64,000 nucleotides of DNA from Alphaproteobacteria bacterium (GCA_964291395.2 OZ219858.1:992001-1056000); one strand, 5' to 3'. Shown: positions 40,182-51,242, counted from the first letter of the stretch. Notes: generated by a model not told the origin, from the letters alone. A program made the numbers and translations.

Positions 40182-41457
40182 TCACGCTTGATTCCCCGGC
40201 AGGGTCGTCGCGGCGACCGACAGCGTCTCCCGATCGAATGCGATGGACTTGACCAGCGCGTATACCGGCAGCCCCGGCGCGAGCCGGAGGTCGGCGACGG
40301 ATTGGCGGGTTATGCGCGCCCGAAGCCGTCCGCCGCCGATGTCGATCAGGGTTTCCGCGTAGGCCGTCTCCGGGTCTTCGGCGATTTCCATGATCGTTCC
40401 CGAGAGAACGTTGCGCACGCTGATCGATCCTCGCCTTCGGGTCTGCGCGTGGCGAGCGACACGTCGCGCGCCCGGACGCGGAGCCTCACCTCGGCGCCGA
40501 TCGCAAGTCGGCCGGATTGGCGGGTTATGCGCGCCCGAAGCCGTCCGCCGCCGATGTCGATCAGGGTTTCCGCGTAGGCCGTCTCCGGGTCTTCGGCGAT
40601 TTCCATGATCGCGAGAGAACGTTGCGCACGCTGATCGATTCGGGTCTGCGCGTGCCCGTGGTGATCCAGATGCGTTACGTTACGTTGAATTTCTCGTCGT
40701 GACCCGTTACCCGCGCGGTGAGAATGACGCCGGCCTCGAATCGTCCCGTCTCGGGCTGCAGGTCGAGGCGTTCCAGCAGGTCCCGTACCGGTCCTTCCGC
40801 CAGTTTCCGGCCGGATGACAGGATGATCATCCGGTCCGCCAGGCGAGCCACTTCCGTGATGTCGTGACTGACGTAAAGAATGGGGATCGAGAGTTGTTCG
40901 TGGAGTGCCTCGAAGTACGGCAGAATCTCGTCCTTCGCCATCTGATCGAGGGAAGACAGCGGCTCGTCCATCAGCAGGAGGCGCGGTTGGGAGAGCAGGG
41001 CGCGGCCGACCGCGACGCGCTGACGCTCGCCGCCCGACAACGCCGCCGGGGCGCGGTCGAGAAGGTGTCCGATTCCCAGCAACCGGATGACGTCGTCCGA
41101 ACGAATGGTCGGCGGGGCACCCGAACGTTCGGCGCGCCGGGCCCCGTACAGCAGGTTCTTGTGCACCGACAAGTGTGTGAACAGGCTCGCGTCCTGAAAA
41201 ACGACCCCGATCGGCCGTTTGTGAGTCCCGAGGAACACGCCCGCGCCGTCGTCCTGCCAGGTCTCTCCGCCGACGACCAGCCGGCCGGACAGGCGCTGCA
41301 ATCCGGCGATACAGCGAAGGGTCGTGGACTTCCCGCAACCGGACGCTCCGAACAGGGCAGTGATGCCCCGCATCGGCGTTTCGAATGCGATATCGAGGGA
41401 GAAGGTGCCGAGGGCCCCCGCGAACGCCGCCCGAATCCGGTGCGGGTCCGCGGTCAC
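40182..41457 (-). pseudogene. modC: Molybdate ABC ATPase with disrupted and duplicated TOBE region
   Basis: GASGCGKS, LSGGERQR, MDEP; premature stop at 40675; SVRNVLSG...YALVKS tail in another frame. Confidence 0.85.
40298..40654. repeat. Internal duplication in modC 3' region
   Basis: 40298-40396 identical to 40513-40611 (99 bp), continuing with small indels. Confidence 0.95.
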
Positions 41458-42134
41458 GATCCCGACCGTCCCATACGCTTTTCGACGGCCATCATGGTCG
41501 CGACGACGACGAAGGAAAACACCAGCAGTCCGCCGGCAAGGAGGTGGGCCTCCGCCCAACGCAAGGTCTCGACCAACTCGAAGATGGCGATGGACAGGAC
41601 CCGGGTCTCCTCCGGAATGCTGCCCCCGATCATCAGGACGACCCCGAACTCACCCACCGTGTGGGCGAAGCCCAGGACCGCGCCAGTGACGTAGCCGGGA
41701 CGGGCCAGGGGCACGGCAACCGTCCAGAACGCGTCCCACGGCGAGGCGCGCAGGGTTGCGGCGACCTCGAGCGGCCGGTCGCCGACGGATTCGAAGGCGT
41801 TGCGGATCGGTTGCACGACGAACGGCATCGAATAGATGATCGACCCGATCACCAGACCTTCGAAGGTGAACGCCAGGGAGCGCGCGCCGAACATGCCTGC
41901 GACCCATCCGCCGGGGCCGTCCGGTCCCAGCAGGATCAGCAGATAAAATCCGAGCACGGTTGGCGGCAGAACCAGGGGCAATGCCACGATGGCGGCAACC
42001 GCCTCCTTCCAGAGTACCTTCGACCTCGCCAGCCACCAGGCGATGGGCGTCCCGATCAGAAGAAGCGACACGGTCGTGACGACCGCCAGTTCCATGGTCA
42101 GACGGATGACCGGCCAGAGTTCCGAGGCTTCCAA
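41454..42134 (-). CDS. modB: Molybdate ABC permease
   Basis: [31 protein letters not shown]. Confidence 0.95.
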   Translation of the reverse strand: MEASELWPVIRLTMELAVVTTVSLLLIGTPIAWWLARSKVLWKEAVAAIVALPLVLPPTVLGFYLLILLGPDGPGGWVAGMFGARSLAFTFEGLVIGSIIYSMPFVVQPIRNAFESVGDRPLEVAATLRASPWDAFWTVAVPLARPGYVTGAVLGFAHTVGEFGVVLMIGGSIPEETRVLSIAIFELVETLRWAEAHLLAGGLLVFSFVVVATMMAVEKRMGRSGS

Positions 42135-42145
42135 GGCCGGCTACC

Positions 42146-42931
42146 TCACTCGCCCGCGCCGTAGCCGTATGTTTCCTTGATGGCCCGCGCCTCGGGCCCG
42201 CGCAAGAAAGCCATGAAAGCCCGTGCCGCGGCGTTGCCGACCCCCCGGTTCAGGAGCACAGCATCCTGAGCGATGGCCGCATGGAGGTCGGTGGGCACGA
42301 CCCAACGCGACCCGGCGACGCCGTTGCCGACCTGCGAGAGGGCGACGAAGCCGAACTCGGCGTTGCCGGTGGCGACGAACTGGTAGGCCTGGCCGATGTT
42401 GATGCCTTGGACGAGCCTGGGCGCGAGGTGTTCGTATACGCCGAGCGCCCGCATCGCTTGAACGGCCGCGGCTCCATAGGGAGCCGTCGTTGGATTCGCG
42501 ATGGCGATTCGGTCGAACGACCGGTTTCGGAGCGTTGCCTTGCCGAGCTGGAGACCCGGTTCGCGGCTATATAGCGCCAAGCGGCCCACCGCGTAGGTAA
42601 ATCGGGTTCCGGGCACGGCGTATCCCTCTTCGACCGCCTTTCGGGGACGCTCCCGGTCGGCCGCGAGGAAGACCTCGTGGGGCGCGGCTTGCGTGATTTG
42701 TGCGAAGAGCTGCCCGGTCGATCCGAAGCTGAGGCTGGCCTTCTGTCCCGTCGCCTTCTCGAACGCCGCACCGATGTCGCGGGCGGCGAGGTTGAAGTTG
42801 GTGGCCACTGCTGCCCGAACCTCTTCCGCCCGAGCCGTGGCGGTGGCCCATGCCGGAACGAGTGATGCCCCCAGGAACAAGATCCCCGCCGTGAAGGGGA
42901 AAATGCCCGATCGTCCCGCTCGATCGGTCAT
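42146..42931 (-). CDS. modA: Molybdate ABC substrate-binding protein
   Basis: AVATNF, GSTGQL.AQI, ANP.TAPYG. Confidence 0.93.
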   Translation of the reverse strand: MTDRAGRSGIFPFTAGILFLGASLVPAWATATARAEEVRAAVATNFNLAARDIGAAFEKATGQKASLSFGSTGQLFAQITQAAPHEVFLAADRERPRKAVEEGYAVPGTRFTYAVGRLALYSREPGLQLGKATLRNRSFDRIAIANPTTAPYGAAAVQAMRALGVYEHLAPRLVQGINIGQAYQFVATGNAEFGFVALSQVGNGVAGSRWVVPTDLHAAIAQDAVLLNRGVGNAAARAFMAFLRGPEARAIKETYGYGAGE

Positions 42932-43095
42932 CAGAAGGGTTTCCCGGCCCCTCAAGCGAGCTGAATGCAACCGCTCATGTCAAGTGCATCTTCCTTCATT
43001 GCGGTCTCCCGTGCCAGTCATCCCCTGAGACATGACCCTTGAATTTCCCCGGACCGACCGTCGTTCCCGCGCCGACCGCGACCGTCTGACACGGC

Positions 43096-43791
43096 CTATT
43101 CTCCGGCGGCGGCCGTGCGCGCTGCCGCCAGGTTGGCGGCGAGGAATTCGGACGTCCGTTTCTGGGCCAATACCGCCGATTCGGCGTCGTAGTCGGCCCG
43201 CTGATCGCAGTTGAATCCATGGTTGGCGTCATACATATAGACCGGGACGCCAGGGTGATGCCGCTGCACCATGGCGGCGCTTTCGGGCGGAACGTGGACA
43301 TCGTGCTCCGCGAAGTGCGCCATGAACGGACATCCGGGCCGTTCGTCGATGAACTGAATGATCTGGCCGCCATAGTAGCTGACCGCCGCATCGGCTCCGC
43401 ACCGCGTCGCCGCGAGCCATGCCAGCGAACCGCCCCAGCAATAGCCGACGACGCCGACTGCGCCCGCCTCCCGCGCAAGGCCGATGACCGTTCTCATGTC
43501 CGCGACCGAAGGTTCCCACTCGACTCCCTGGCGCAATTCGCGTCCCCGAACCAAGTCCTCGTCGCCGTAGCCCGGGACTTCGACGCCCTTCTCCACCCGG
43601 TCGTAGAGTGCGGGCGCCAGCGCAAGGTACCCCTCGGCGGCGTACCGTTCGCACATGTCCCGGATATGATCGTTCATGCCGAACGCCTCGTGCATGATCA
43701 CGATGCCGGCGCGAGGCGACTCTCGAGAGCCGGCGCGATAGACGCGGATAAAGACCCCGTCGTGCATTCTCGCTTCCATCATCTGTCCCAT
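43096..43791 (-). CDS. Dienelactone hydrolase family protein
   Basis: HEAFG, GYCWGG, HGFNCD. Confidence 0.93.
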   Translation of the reverse strand: MGQMMEARMHDGVFIRVYRAGSRESPRAGIVIMHEAFGMNDHIRDMCERYAAEGYLALAPALYDRVEKGVEVPGYGDEDLVRGRELRQGVEWEPSVADMRTVIGLAREAGAVGVVGYCWGGSLAWLAATRCGADAAVSYYGGQIIQFIDERPGCPFMAHFAEHDVHVPPESAAMVQRHHPGVPVYMYDANHGFNCDQRADYDAESAVLAQKRTSEFLAANLAAARTAAAGE

Positions 43792-43913
43792 GGCGTACCT
43801 CCCGGTCCGAATTTTCCGATCGACTATAGAGGCCGTACTCCCGCGTCGCCTTCACGTGCCCCGATTATGCTAACATCACTCCCACCGAGCCCGCCGGAAG
43901 AGGACCTCGCGAC

Positions 43914-45128
43914 ATGTCCCGGAATGCGACCGAATGGAGCCAGCGGCCGAATCTCGCGCCGACACACTACGTCGACCCCCGCATCTATACCGATCAAACC
44001 CTGTTCGAGGAGGAGCGGGAGAAGATCTTCAAGAAGGTGTGGTCGGTCGTTTGCCACGAAAGCGAGGTGCCGAACGCTTGCGATTACCGGCGCTGCCAGC
44101 ATATGAGCGGCAAGGAACTCCTCGTCGTCCGTGGCAACGACATGAAGATCCGCACCTTTTACAACCACTGTTCTCACCGCGGGAATCTGCTGGCCATGGA
44201 GCCTTCTGGCAATGCCAAGCGGATCACCTGCATCTTCCACCAGTGGTCCTACGACACCAAAGGCAACTGCCTGGAGATCACGCGCCAGAAGGAAGGGTAT
44301 CAGGACCGGATCTCGAAGAAGGACATGGGCCTGAGGGAAGTCAGGACCGAAGTGGGTCTCGGCGGGTTCGTATGGGTCAACGCCGACGACGACTGCGGGC
44401 CGCTCGAGGAGTTCGTGGGCGATTCGCTGGACTACCTGAAGGAGGAGCTGTCCACGAAGCCGCTCGAGATCATCAGCTACCACAAGGCGATCGTGAACTC
44501 GAACTACAAGCTGTGGTACGACACCAACAGCGAACTCTACCATGACTTCCTGCACCACCATAACCGCAAGATCGCCCTCGTCCAGCCCGGGTACTGGGAT
44601 CGCCGGGTGCACACCCACGACCATGGGCACATCAGCGTCGATTCGATGGAATGCCGCTACGACGCTTACGAGGGCAACGACGGCTTGCAGCGGCGGCTGG
44701 GCTGGCCCGGCGGCGAGGTAGCCTGCCACAAGTTGATCGACCTGTTCCCGACCATGACCTTCATCCTCCGGGCGCCGGCCTTCCGCCTAGACACCATGGT
44801 GCCGCTGGCGCCGGACAAGGTCGTCATCGAATTCCGTGGTTTCGCCGTCAAGGGGGATTCGGCCGGAGATCGCGAGGCGCGCGTGAGGGATCACAACTCG
44901 ATCTGGGGCCCCTTCGGGCGCAACCTGCCGGAGGACGAGATCGCCATCGTCGGCCAGATGATGGCGATGAGAAACGGCGACGACAGCACCTACGTCCTGC
45001 ACGGCCGGGAAGAGCCCTCCATCCAGAACGAGATCGGCATGCGCCATTACTACGGCGAATGGAGCAGATGGATGGAACGCAGCGCCTCGGACCCGTTCGG
45101 CAATCGGTCCATCGCCGCGGCCGAATAG
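43914..45128 (+). CDS. Rieske oxygenase alpha subunit, MsmA (methanesulfonate monooxygenase)-like
   Basis: CSH-x17-CIFH Rieske motif, DTNSELYHDFLH iron site, WGPFGRNL; MsmA likeness from recall. Confidence 0.85.
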   Translation: MSRNATEWSQRPNLAPTHYVDPRIYTDQTLFEEEREKIFKKVWSVVCHESEVPNACDYRRCQHMSGKELLVVRGNDMKIRTFYNHCSHRGNLLAMEPSGNAKRITCIFHQWSYDTKGNCLEITRQKEGYQDRISKKDMGLREVRTEVGLGGFVWVNADDDCGPLEEFVGDSLDYLKEELSTKPLEIISYHKAIVNSNYKLWYDTNSELYHDFLHHHNRKIALVQPGYWDRRVHTHDHGHISVDSMECRYDAYEGNDGLQRRLGWPGGEVACHKLIDLFPTMTFILRAPAFRLDTMVPLAPDKVVIEFRGFAVKGDSAGDREARVRDHNSIWGPFGRNLPEDEIAIVGQMMAMRNGDDSTYVLHGREEPSIQNEIGMRHYYGEWSRWMERSASDPFGNRSIAAAE

Positions 45129-45197
45129 GCCGGGGACTCCCTACCCCCGCCGCCACGTAACCGCTCGGAATTGAAGGAAGATCGAGGACAACGCGAG

Positions 45198-45773
45198 ATG
45201 GCGACGACCAAGACCGTGACCGGGAAGCCGCGTGGCAAGCCGGCTGTGGCCGCCAAACCCGGCCGCAAGAAGGCGGCCGGCTCCGGGTTCGATTCCCCGG
45301 CGGAGCGGGAAAAGGCGGTGCGGGAGCTCGTCGCCCGGACCTGCCTGACGATGGACGCCTACGACTTCGACGGCTATCTCGATCTCTGTCATCCGGATTT
45401 CCGGTACACGATCACGACCTACAGCCCCGAGCTGCGAAAGGATATCACGTGGCTCGACCACGATTTCGCCGGCATGAAAACCCTGCTGGAGGTGCTGCCG
45501 CTGCACGCGAGCGACCACTTCCTGCGCCTGACCATGTCCCGGCACCTCAGCGTCTACACCGTCGACTGCATCGAAAACGACACGCGTGCCGCGGTCGTCT
45601 CGGGGCTGCAGGTCTTCAACACGGCCAGGGATGGCGGAGTCACCGAGCTTCTCGCCGTGGCGAAGTATCACGACGTCGTCGCCCTCGAGGGCGGTAGGGC
45701 CTCGTTGCTCAACCGGGAGGTCCGCCTCGATACCCGGATGCTCGGCGAAACCGGTTCCCTGATCCCGTTTTGA
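45198..45773 (+). CDS. Rieske oxygenase beta subunit, MsmB-like
   Basis: DFDGYLDLC...F.Y.I.TYSPELRK...W, REVRLDTR; sits between the alpha subunits. Confidence 0.8.
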   Translation: MATTKTVTGKPRGKPAVAAKPGRKKAAGSGFDSPAEREKAVRELVARTCLTMDAYDFDGYLDLCHPDFRYTITTYSPELRKDITWLDHDFAGMKTLLEVLPLHASDHFLRLTMSRHLSVYTVDCIENDTRAAVVSGLQVFNTARDGGVTELLAVAKYHDVVALEGGRASLLNREVRLDTRMLGETGSLIPF

Positions 45774-45910
45774 TGGACCGCCCCGGTTCGGGGAAAGAGC
45801 CGGGTACGGTAGAATAGGGTTTAGCAGTATGGACCGGGTGTGAAGGCGTTCCGATAACGTTCGGGGTGACGGGATGCCTGAATGTAGAACTTTCGATAAG
45901 GGTTAGAGGC

Positions 45911-47125
45911 ATGCCGCGTACTGGTACCCAATGGGAAGCGAGACCGAACCTTCCGCCGACTCACTACGTCGACCCCCGTGTCTACACGGACCAGTCGATC
46001 TTCGAGGAAGAGCGCGAGAAGATCTTCGAGAAGGTGTGGGCGATCGTCTGCCACGAGAGCGAGGTGCCCAACGCTTACGACTTCCGCCGCTGCCAGCATA
46101 TGAACGGCAAGGAGCTTCTGGTCGTGCGCGGCAAGGACATGAAGGTCCGCGTCTTCTACAACCAGTGCCCGCACCGGGGGAATGTGCTGGCCTTCGAGCC
46201 GTCCGGAAACGCGAGGCGCATCACCTGCATCTTCCATTTGTGGTCGTTCGACACGCAAGGCAACTGCGTCGAGATCACGCGCGAGAAGGAAGGTTTTCAG
46301 GATCGCCTGTCCAGGAAGGACGTGGGGCTGCGCGAGGTGAAGTCCGAAATGGACGTGGGCGGGTTCGTCTGGGTCAACGTCGACGACGACTGCGAACCGC
46401 TCGACGAGTTCCTGGGTGATTCGGTCGAGTTCCTGTGCGGCGAGCTGACCACGGCGCCCTTGGAAATCATGTGCTACCACAAGGCGATCGTGCCCACGAA
46501 CTACAAGCTCTGGCATGACACCAACCGTGATCTCTATCACGAGTTCCTGCATCGCCAGAACCGCCTGATCGCGATGGGCCAGCCCGGGTACCTGGACCGC
46601 CGGTATCACATGCACGTCCACGGCCACGTTACTGCCGATCCCTCGGTCAACAGCTACAAGAACATCGAGAAGGACAGCGGTGCCAAGAGACAGATGGGTT
46701 GGCCGGGCGGTGAGGCCGCGCTGCACAAGCTCTGCAATCTCTTCCCCACGGTGACCTACAACATGCGGCCGCCGGCGTTGCGCATCGACACCATGGTGCC
46801 GCTCGGGCCCGAGGAGACGATCGTCGAATTCCGGGGCTTCGGCATCAAGGACGATTCGCCCGAAATACGCCGGGAGCGTCTCCGGGACTACAATTCCTTC
46901 TGGGGGCCCTTCGGGCGGAACCTGCCCGAGGATTTCATCGCCATCGTGGGCCAGTCGATCGGCCTCAACCATGGGCGTGGCAGCCCTTACATCCTGCACG
47001 GGCGCGAGGAAGAGACGCCCCACAGCGAGGTCTGTATCCGCCACTATTTCGCGGAGTGGAGCCGGATGATGGGCCGCAGTGCCTCGGATCCCTTCAACGA
47101 GCTTCCGGCCGTCGCCGCCGAATGA
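45911..47125 (+). CDS. Second Rieske oxygenase alpha subunit, MsmA-like paralog
   Basis: CPH-x17-CIFH, DTNRDLYHEFLH; collinear with 43914-45128. Confidence 0.85.
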   Translation: MPRTGTQWEARPNLPPTHYVDPRVYTDQSIFEEEREKIFEKVWAIVCHESEVPNAYDFRRCQHMNGKELLVVRGKDMKVRVFYNQCPHRGNVLAFEPSGNARRITCIFHLWSFDTQGNCVEITREKEGFQDRLSRKDVGLREVKSEMDVGGFVWVNVDDDCEPLDEFLGDSVEFLCGELTTAPLEIMCYHKAIVPTNYKLWHDTNRDLYHEFLHRQNRLIAMGQPGYLDRRYHMHVHGHVTADPSVNSYKNIEKDSGAKRQMGWPGGEAALHKLCNLFPTVTYNMRPPALRIDTMVPLGPEETIVEFRGFGIKDDSPEIRRERLRDYNSFWGPFGRNLPEDFIAIVGQSIGLNHGRGSPYILHGREEETPHSEVCIRHYFAEWSRMMGRSASDPFNELPAVAAE

Positions 47126-47147
47126 TCCCGGAGGCCAGCAGCGGAGA

Positions 47148-47891
47148 TCACAGCGTCAGGGCGCTGACGCCGATCCCGGCGAGGAGCCACAACACGAACC
47201 TGCGGTAAACGGCCTTCGAGGCGCGTCGTACCAGTAGCGATCCCAACCGCACCCCCGCGGAATAGGGGATCAGCAGCACAAGCATGCGGAGAACCGTGGT
47301 CAGGCTGACCGTTCCCGCGATGATCAGAGCTGCCGCCATGAGGACGGCCAGACTGTAGGTCACGACGTAGATGTTGGCCCGGGTCTCGACCAGCTCGCCG
47401 GGCCACGAGATGAAATACAAACTGACGATCGACCCGCCGCCCGACATGAAGCCGCTGAGGGCGCCGCTCGACACGCCGACGGCCAGGTTCATGGCGAGAT
47501 TGCGCGGGCCGCTATATGTCCAGCCGGACAGCATGATCAGCGCGAAGACGACGATGAGGCCGCCGATCACGCGTCTCACGGTCTCCGGCTCGTTGATCAG
47601 CAGCATCACGGTGCCGCACGGCACCCCGATCAGGGCGGCCAGGAGGATCGGCCCCACGACCGGCCAATTGGCGTTGCGGACGCCGTGCGGTAGAAGCTGG
47701 ACCGCGCCGATGGTGACGGCCATGCCCACGATCGCGAGTGCCGACGCCGGGTTATAGACCCATGCCAGCAACGGTACCATGCTGAGGCCGGCGCCGAAGC
47801 CCGCGAATCCGTAGATCAAGCCGCCCATCAGGGCGATCCCAATGGCCAGCGCGAATCGCAGGGTAAGGAAGTCGGCCAGCAGCTCGGGCAT
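47148..47891 (-). CDS. TauE/SafE sulfite exporter family protein
   Basis: G.IYGFAGFGAG motif, about 8 TM helices. Confidence 0.85.
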   Translation of the reverse strand: MPELLADFLTLRFALAIGIALMGGLIYGFAGFGAGLSMVPLLAWVYNPASALAIVGMAVTIGAVQLLPHGVRNANWPVVGPILLAALIGVPCGTVMLLINEPETVRRVIGGLIVVFALIMLSGWTYSGPRNLAMNLAVGVSSGALSGFMSGGGSIVSLYFISWPGELVETRANIYVVTYSLAVLMAAALIIAGTVSLTTVLRMLVLLIPYSAGVRLGSLLVRRASKAVYRRFVLWLLAGIGVSALTL

Positions 47892-47956
47892 CAAGGGATC
47901 AGGCGTTCCCCGGCAACGGAGGTTTGCCGGCATCGATCCCGATATTCGAGGCGACC

Positions 47957-48730
47957 CTAGTCCTTGAAAGATGGATCGGCGCGCTCCGCTTGGCGCATAA
48001 GGCCGGCAAAATCCCGCTCGCAGTGCCCCGGACCAAAACTTTCGAACTGCTTGGCCGTATGCTCCGCGATGTCCTCCGGAACCTCCAGGATCCTGGCGCC
48101 GGTCGACATGGCGTCGATCTGAACCTGACTGCAAGTCTCCAGATAAAACATGAGCTGCATGCTGTGGGCGATGCTCACGCCCGCCGTCAGAAGACCGTGA
48201 CTCCGCAGGATCATTGCGTAATGCGGGCTGAGGTCGCGGATCAGGCGTTGCCCTTCGCTCAGGTCATGCGCGATGCCCTCGAACGGGTGATAGCCGATTC
48301 GGTTGTGAAAACGGCACGATTGCTGGTCGATGGTCAGCAGACCACAGTCCATCGCGGAGATCGCCATGCCCGCCCGCGTGTGGGTATGCATCACCGAGTT
48401 GACATCCGGCCGGCCCGCAAGAATGCCGCTGTGGATCGTGAAGCCCGCCGGGTTCACACTGTAGTCGGACTCGGTGAGTTGATTGCCGTCGTAGTCGACC
48501 TTGATCAGGCTCGACGCCGTGATCTCCTCGAAAAAGACGCCATGGGGATTGAGGAGGAGCGTACCTTCCTCGCCGGGCACCCGTGCCGAAATATGAGACG
48601 CGCCCAGATACGTCCAGCCTTGCAAGGCCGTAATGCGGTAGGCCGCCGCCAGTTGAACCCGAGTCTCCCATTCCACCTCCGAAACGCCGTCGCGTACCGA
48701 TTTCGACGCATCCACCGCCCTGATCGACAT
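47957..48730 (-). CDS. Class II aldolase/adducin family protein
   Basis: HISARVP, NPAGFTIHS, MHTH, LRSHG. Confidence 0.92.
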   Translation of the reverse strand: MSIRAVDASKSVRDGVSEVEWETRVQLAAAYRITALQGWTYLGASHISARVPGEEGTLLLNPHGVFFEEITASSLIKVDYDGNQLTESDYSVNPAGFTIHSGILAGRPDVNSVMHTHTRAGMAISAMDCGLLTIDQQSCRFHNRIGYHPFEGIAHDLSEGQRLIRDLSPHYAMILRSHGLLTAGVSIAHSMQLMFYLETCSQVQIDAMSTGARILEVPEDIAEHTAKQFESFGPGHCERDFAGLMRQAERADPSFKD

Positions 48731-48810
48731 GCATCTTCCCCTGAATTCGACTTCTCCCACCTAGCCACTATAGCATCTTGCGGGTGCCGTCGAACGGCGG
48801 GGAAAGAGGG

Positions 48811-49605
48811 TCAGGACCACGGCAGATCGCCACCGCCGGTGACGTTGACATTGGCCCCGGTGATGAAGCTTCCGGCATCCGAACACAGCAAGAGCGCGGC
48901 CCCCACGAGGTCCTCCGGCAGTCCGGCGCGGCCCATCGGGCTCGTCCGTTCGATCATGGCCTGCCAGTCCGCCTTGTTTCGTCGCCGAAAGCGGTTGCGA
49001 TCGGTATCGATGAGCCCCGGAGAGAGGTTGTTGATGGTCACTCCCGACTTCACGTATTGGCGGCTCAAGTTCACGACCAGGTTGTACTGAGCGCTCTTAA
49101 GGCCCGCGTAGACCGCCAGTTCGATGATCGGGTTGGCCTGCTGGACGCTTCCGAGCGTCAAGACCCGGCCCCAGCCGCGTTCCGCCATCGCAGGCAGCGC
49201 CCGCTGGAGAAGTTGAATGGGGACGCGGTAATTCATGCGGCATTGGAGATCGATCTGCTCGACCGTGACGTCCGCGAAGGCGCTGGGGATCTGGATATTG
49301 GCGTTGCTCACGAGGATATCGACGCGCCCCAGGGCCGAGACCGCCTGGTCGTACGCGTCGAGGATGGCGCCGTCGACCGAGAGATCCCCCTCGATCGCGA
49401 AGGCCTTCACACCATGGGACCGCGCTTCGTCGACGAACTCCCTTGCGGCGTCCGGGAAGCCCACCTCGGCATCGAACGCCGACGTGTGATTGATCGCCAC
49501 ATGGGCGCCGTGCTCGGCCAACGCCATCGCGATGGCGCGGCCTATGCCCCGGCTCGCGCCGGTCACGAATGCGGTTCGACCGGAAACGTCAAAACGGTTA
49601 TCCAT
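48811..49605 (-). CDS. SDR family oxidoreductase
   Basis: TGASRGIG, YAGLK, NNLSPG. Confidence 0.92.
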   Translation of the reverse strand: MDNRFDVSGRTAFVTGASRGIGRAIAMALAEHGAHVAINHTSAFDAEVGFPDAAREFVDEARSHGVKAFAIEGDLSVDGAILDAYDQAVSALGRVDILVSNANIQIPSAFADVTVEQIDLQCRMNYRVPIQLLQRALPAMAERGWGRVLTLGSVQQANPIIELAVYAGLKSAQYNLVVNLSRQYVKSGVTINNLSPGLIDTDRNRFRRRNKADWQAMIERTSPMGRAGLPEDLVGAALLLCSDAGSFITGANVNVTGGGDLPWS

Positions 49606-49801
49606 GTTCCTCTCCCGGTTTGCGACCTGACGTAAGCCCCACTATGCCACACGAACCGGGTCGCCGACCGGCAATCCGGCCACGAGTCCGACGCGGGGCT
49701 TGGCGCCGCGGCCGGTCATCGCCGTGTTGCGGCAATGTTCTGCTGCCAATGCCGCCAAACACGATGCTAGAGTAGCGCTGGCATTCACGGGGGGTACGAA
49801 C

Positions 49802-50065
49802 ATGCCAAAACCGGGTTCCATCAAGAAGCAACCGGAGGAAGGCACGCTTGTACGAGCCAATGAAGCGGCGCTGGTCGTGGGCGAGGATAGCGAACTGCGG
49901 CTGATTTTGCCGGACTACGAGGATGACAACGATATTCCGCAGGGCGCGCTGCTTCTCGCGGCGGTGCTGGTCCGCGCGGAGGACGAGGAATGGATCAACG
50001 AGATGTCGGCATTCCTTTTGGAACGTTACGCTGACGACGAAGAGAGCGGCCCGCCGCTCCAATAA
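49802..50065 (+). CDS. Small acidic hypothetical protein
   Basis: Plausible ATG and protein composition; no family recognised. Confidence 0.55.
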   Translation: MPKPGSIKKQPEEGTLVRANEAALVVGEDSELRLILPDYEDDNDIPQGALLLAAVLVRAEDEEWINEMSAFLLERYADDEESGPPLQ

Positions 50066-50108
50066 TCCGTCCGAAGCCCCGAATTCCGGCTGCGCGAGGT
50101 TCGTCATC

Positions 50109-51242
50109 ATGGCGCTCATCAACTATCTGACGAGGATCCAGTTCGACTACGGTGCGGTCCAGCTCCTGAAGGAAGAACTCGAGGCGCTGGGAGTGAACAG
50201 ACCCATGATCGTGACGGATGAGGGGGTCCGCAGTGCTGGCCTCCTCGAGCCCGTTCTTTCCTCCATCGTCCAGGATCCGGAACCGACGATTTTTGACGAG
50301 ACGCCCGGGAACCCGACGGAAGAGGCGCTTGAGGCGGCTCTCGCGCTCTATGGGGAGCGCGGGTGCGACGGCCTGATCGGAGTCGGCGGCGGCTCGTCGA
50401 TCGACCTCGCCAAGGGTGTCGCCCTCATGGCGACCCACGAGCCTCCTCTGGAACGGTATGCGGCCATACTCGGTGGCGTGGAGAGGATCGCATCGGACGT
50501 CGCGCCGGTCATCGCCATTCCCACGACCGCCGGGACGGGAAGCGAAGTCGGCCGCGCTGCCCTGCTCACGCTCCGGGACGGGCGAAAACTTGCATTTGTC
50601 GCGCCCAACATGATCCCGCGCGCGGCCATCTGCGATCCGGAGCTGACACTGGGCCTGCCGCGCGGCCTCACCGCGGCAACGGGTATGGACGCCTTGACGC
50701 ATTGTATCGAGACCTTCCTGTCGCCGCGCGTGAATCCACCCGCCGATGCGATTGCCCTCGACGGAGTCAATCGCGTGATGCGGTTCATCCAACGCGCCGT
50801 CGGGGATGGGACGGATGGCGAAGCCCGTTGGAATATGATGATGGCCTCCCTCCAGGGCGGCATGACGTTTCAGAAAGGCCTTGGCGCCGTTCACGCCATG
50901 TCCCACCCCCTCGGGGGATTGAGCGAGCCGGTGCTGCATCACGGGACGCTGAATGCCGTGATCCTGCCTGCAGTACTCCGATTCAATGCCAACCACGTCG
51001 GCGACAAGTACGATCGGCTTCGCGATGCCATGGGGCTGGCCGCCGGCGCGGACGTGGCGGCGGCGATCGAGGCACTCAACCGGCGAATCGGCATGCCCGC
51101 GAACCTGAGGGAGATGGGCGTTACGGACGAGGTCCTTCCCCGCATGATCGAAGGCGCGGTGGTCGATCACTGTAACGCATCGAATCCGCGGCCCACGGAT
51201 GCTTCGGCCTACGAACGCTTGTTTGCCGAGGCCATGGGTTGA
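50109..51242 (+). CDS. Iron-containing alcohol dehydrogenase
   Basis: GGGSSID, PTTAGTGSE, DALTH, HAMSH, HHG. Confidence 0.95.
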   Translation: MALINYLTRIQFDYGAVQLLKEELEALGVNRPMIVTDEGVRSAGLLEPVLSSIVQDPEPTIFDETPGNPTEEALEAALALYGERGCDGLIGVGGGSSIDLAKGVALMATHEPPLERYAAILGGVERIASDVAPVIAIPTTAGTGSEVGRAALLTLRDGRKLAFVAPNMIPRAAICDPELTLGLPRGLTAATGMDALTHCIETFLSPRVNPPADAIALDGVNRVMRFIQRAVGDGTDGEARWNMMMASLQGGMTFQKGLGAVHAMSHPLGGLSEPVLHHGTLNAVILPAVLRFNANHVGDKYDRLRDAMGLAAGADVAAAIEALNRRIGMPANLREMGVTDEVLPRMIEGAVVDHCNASNPRPTDASAYERLFAEAMG

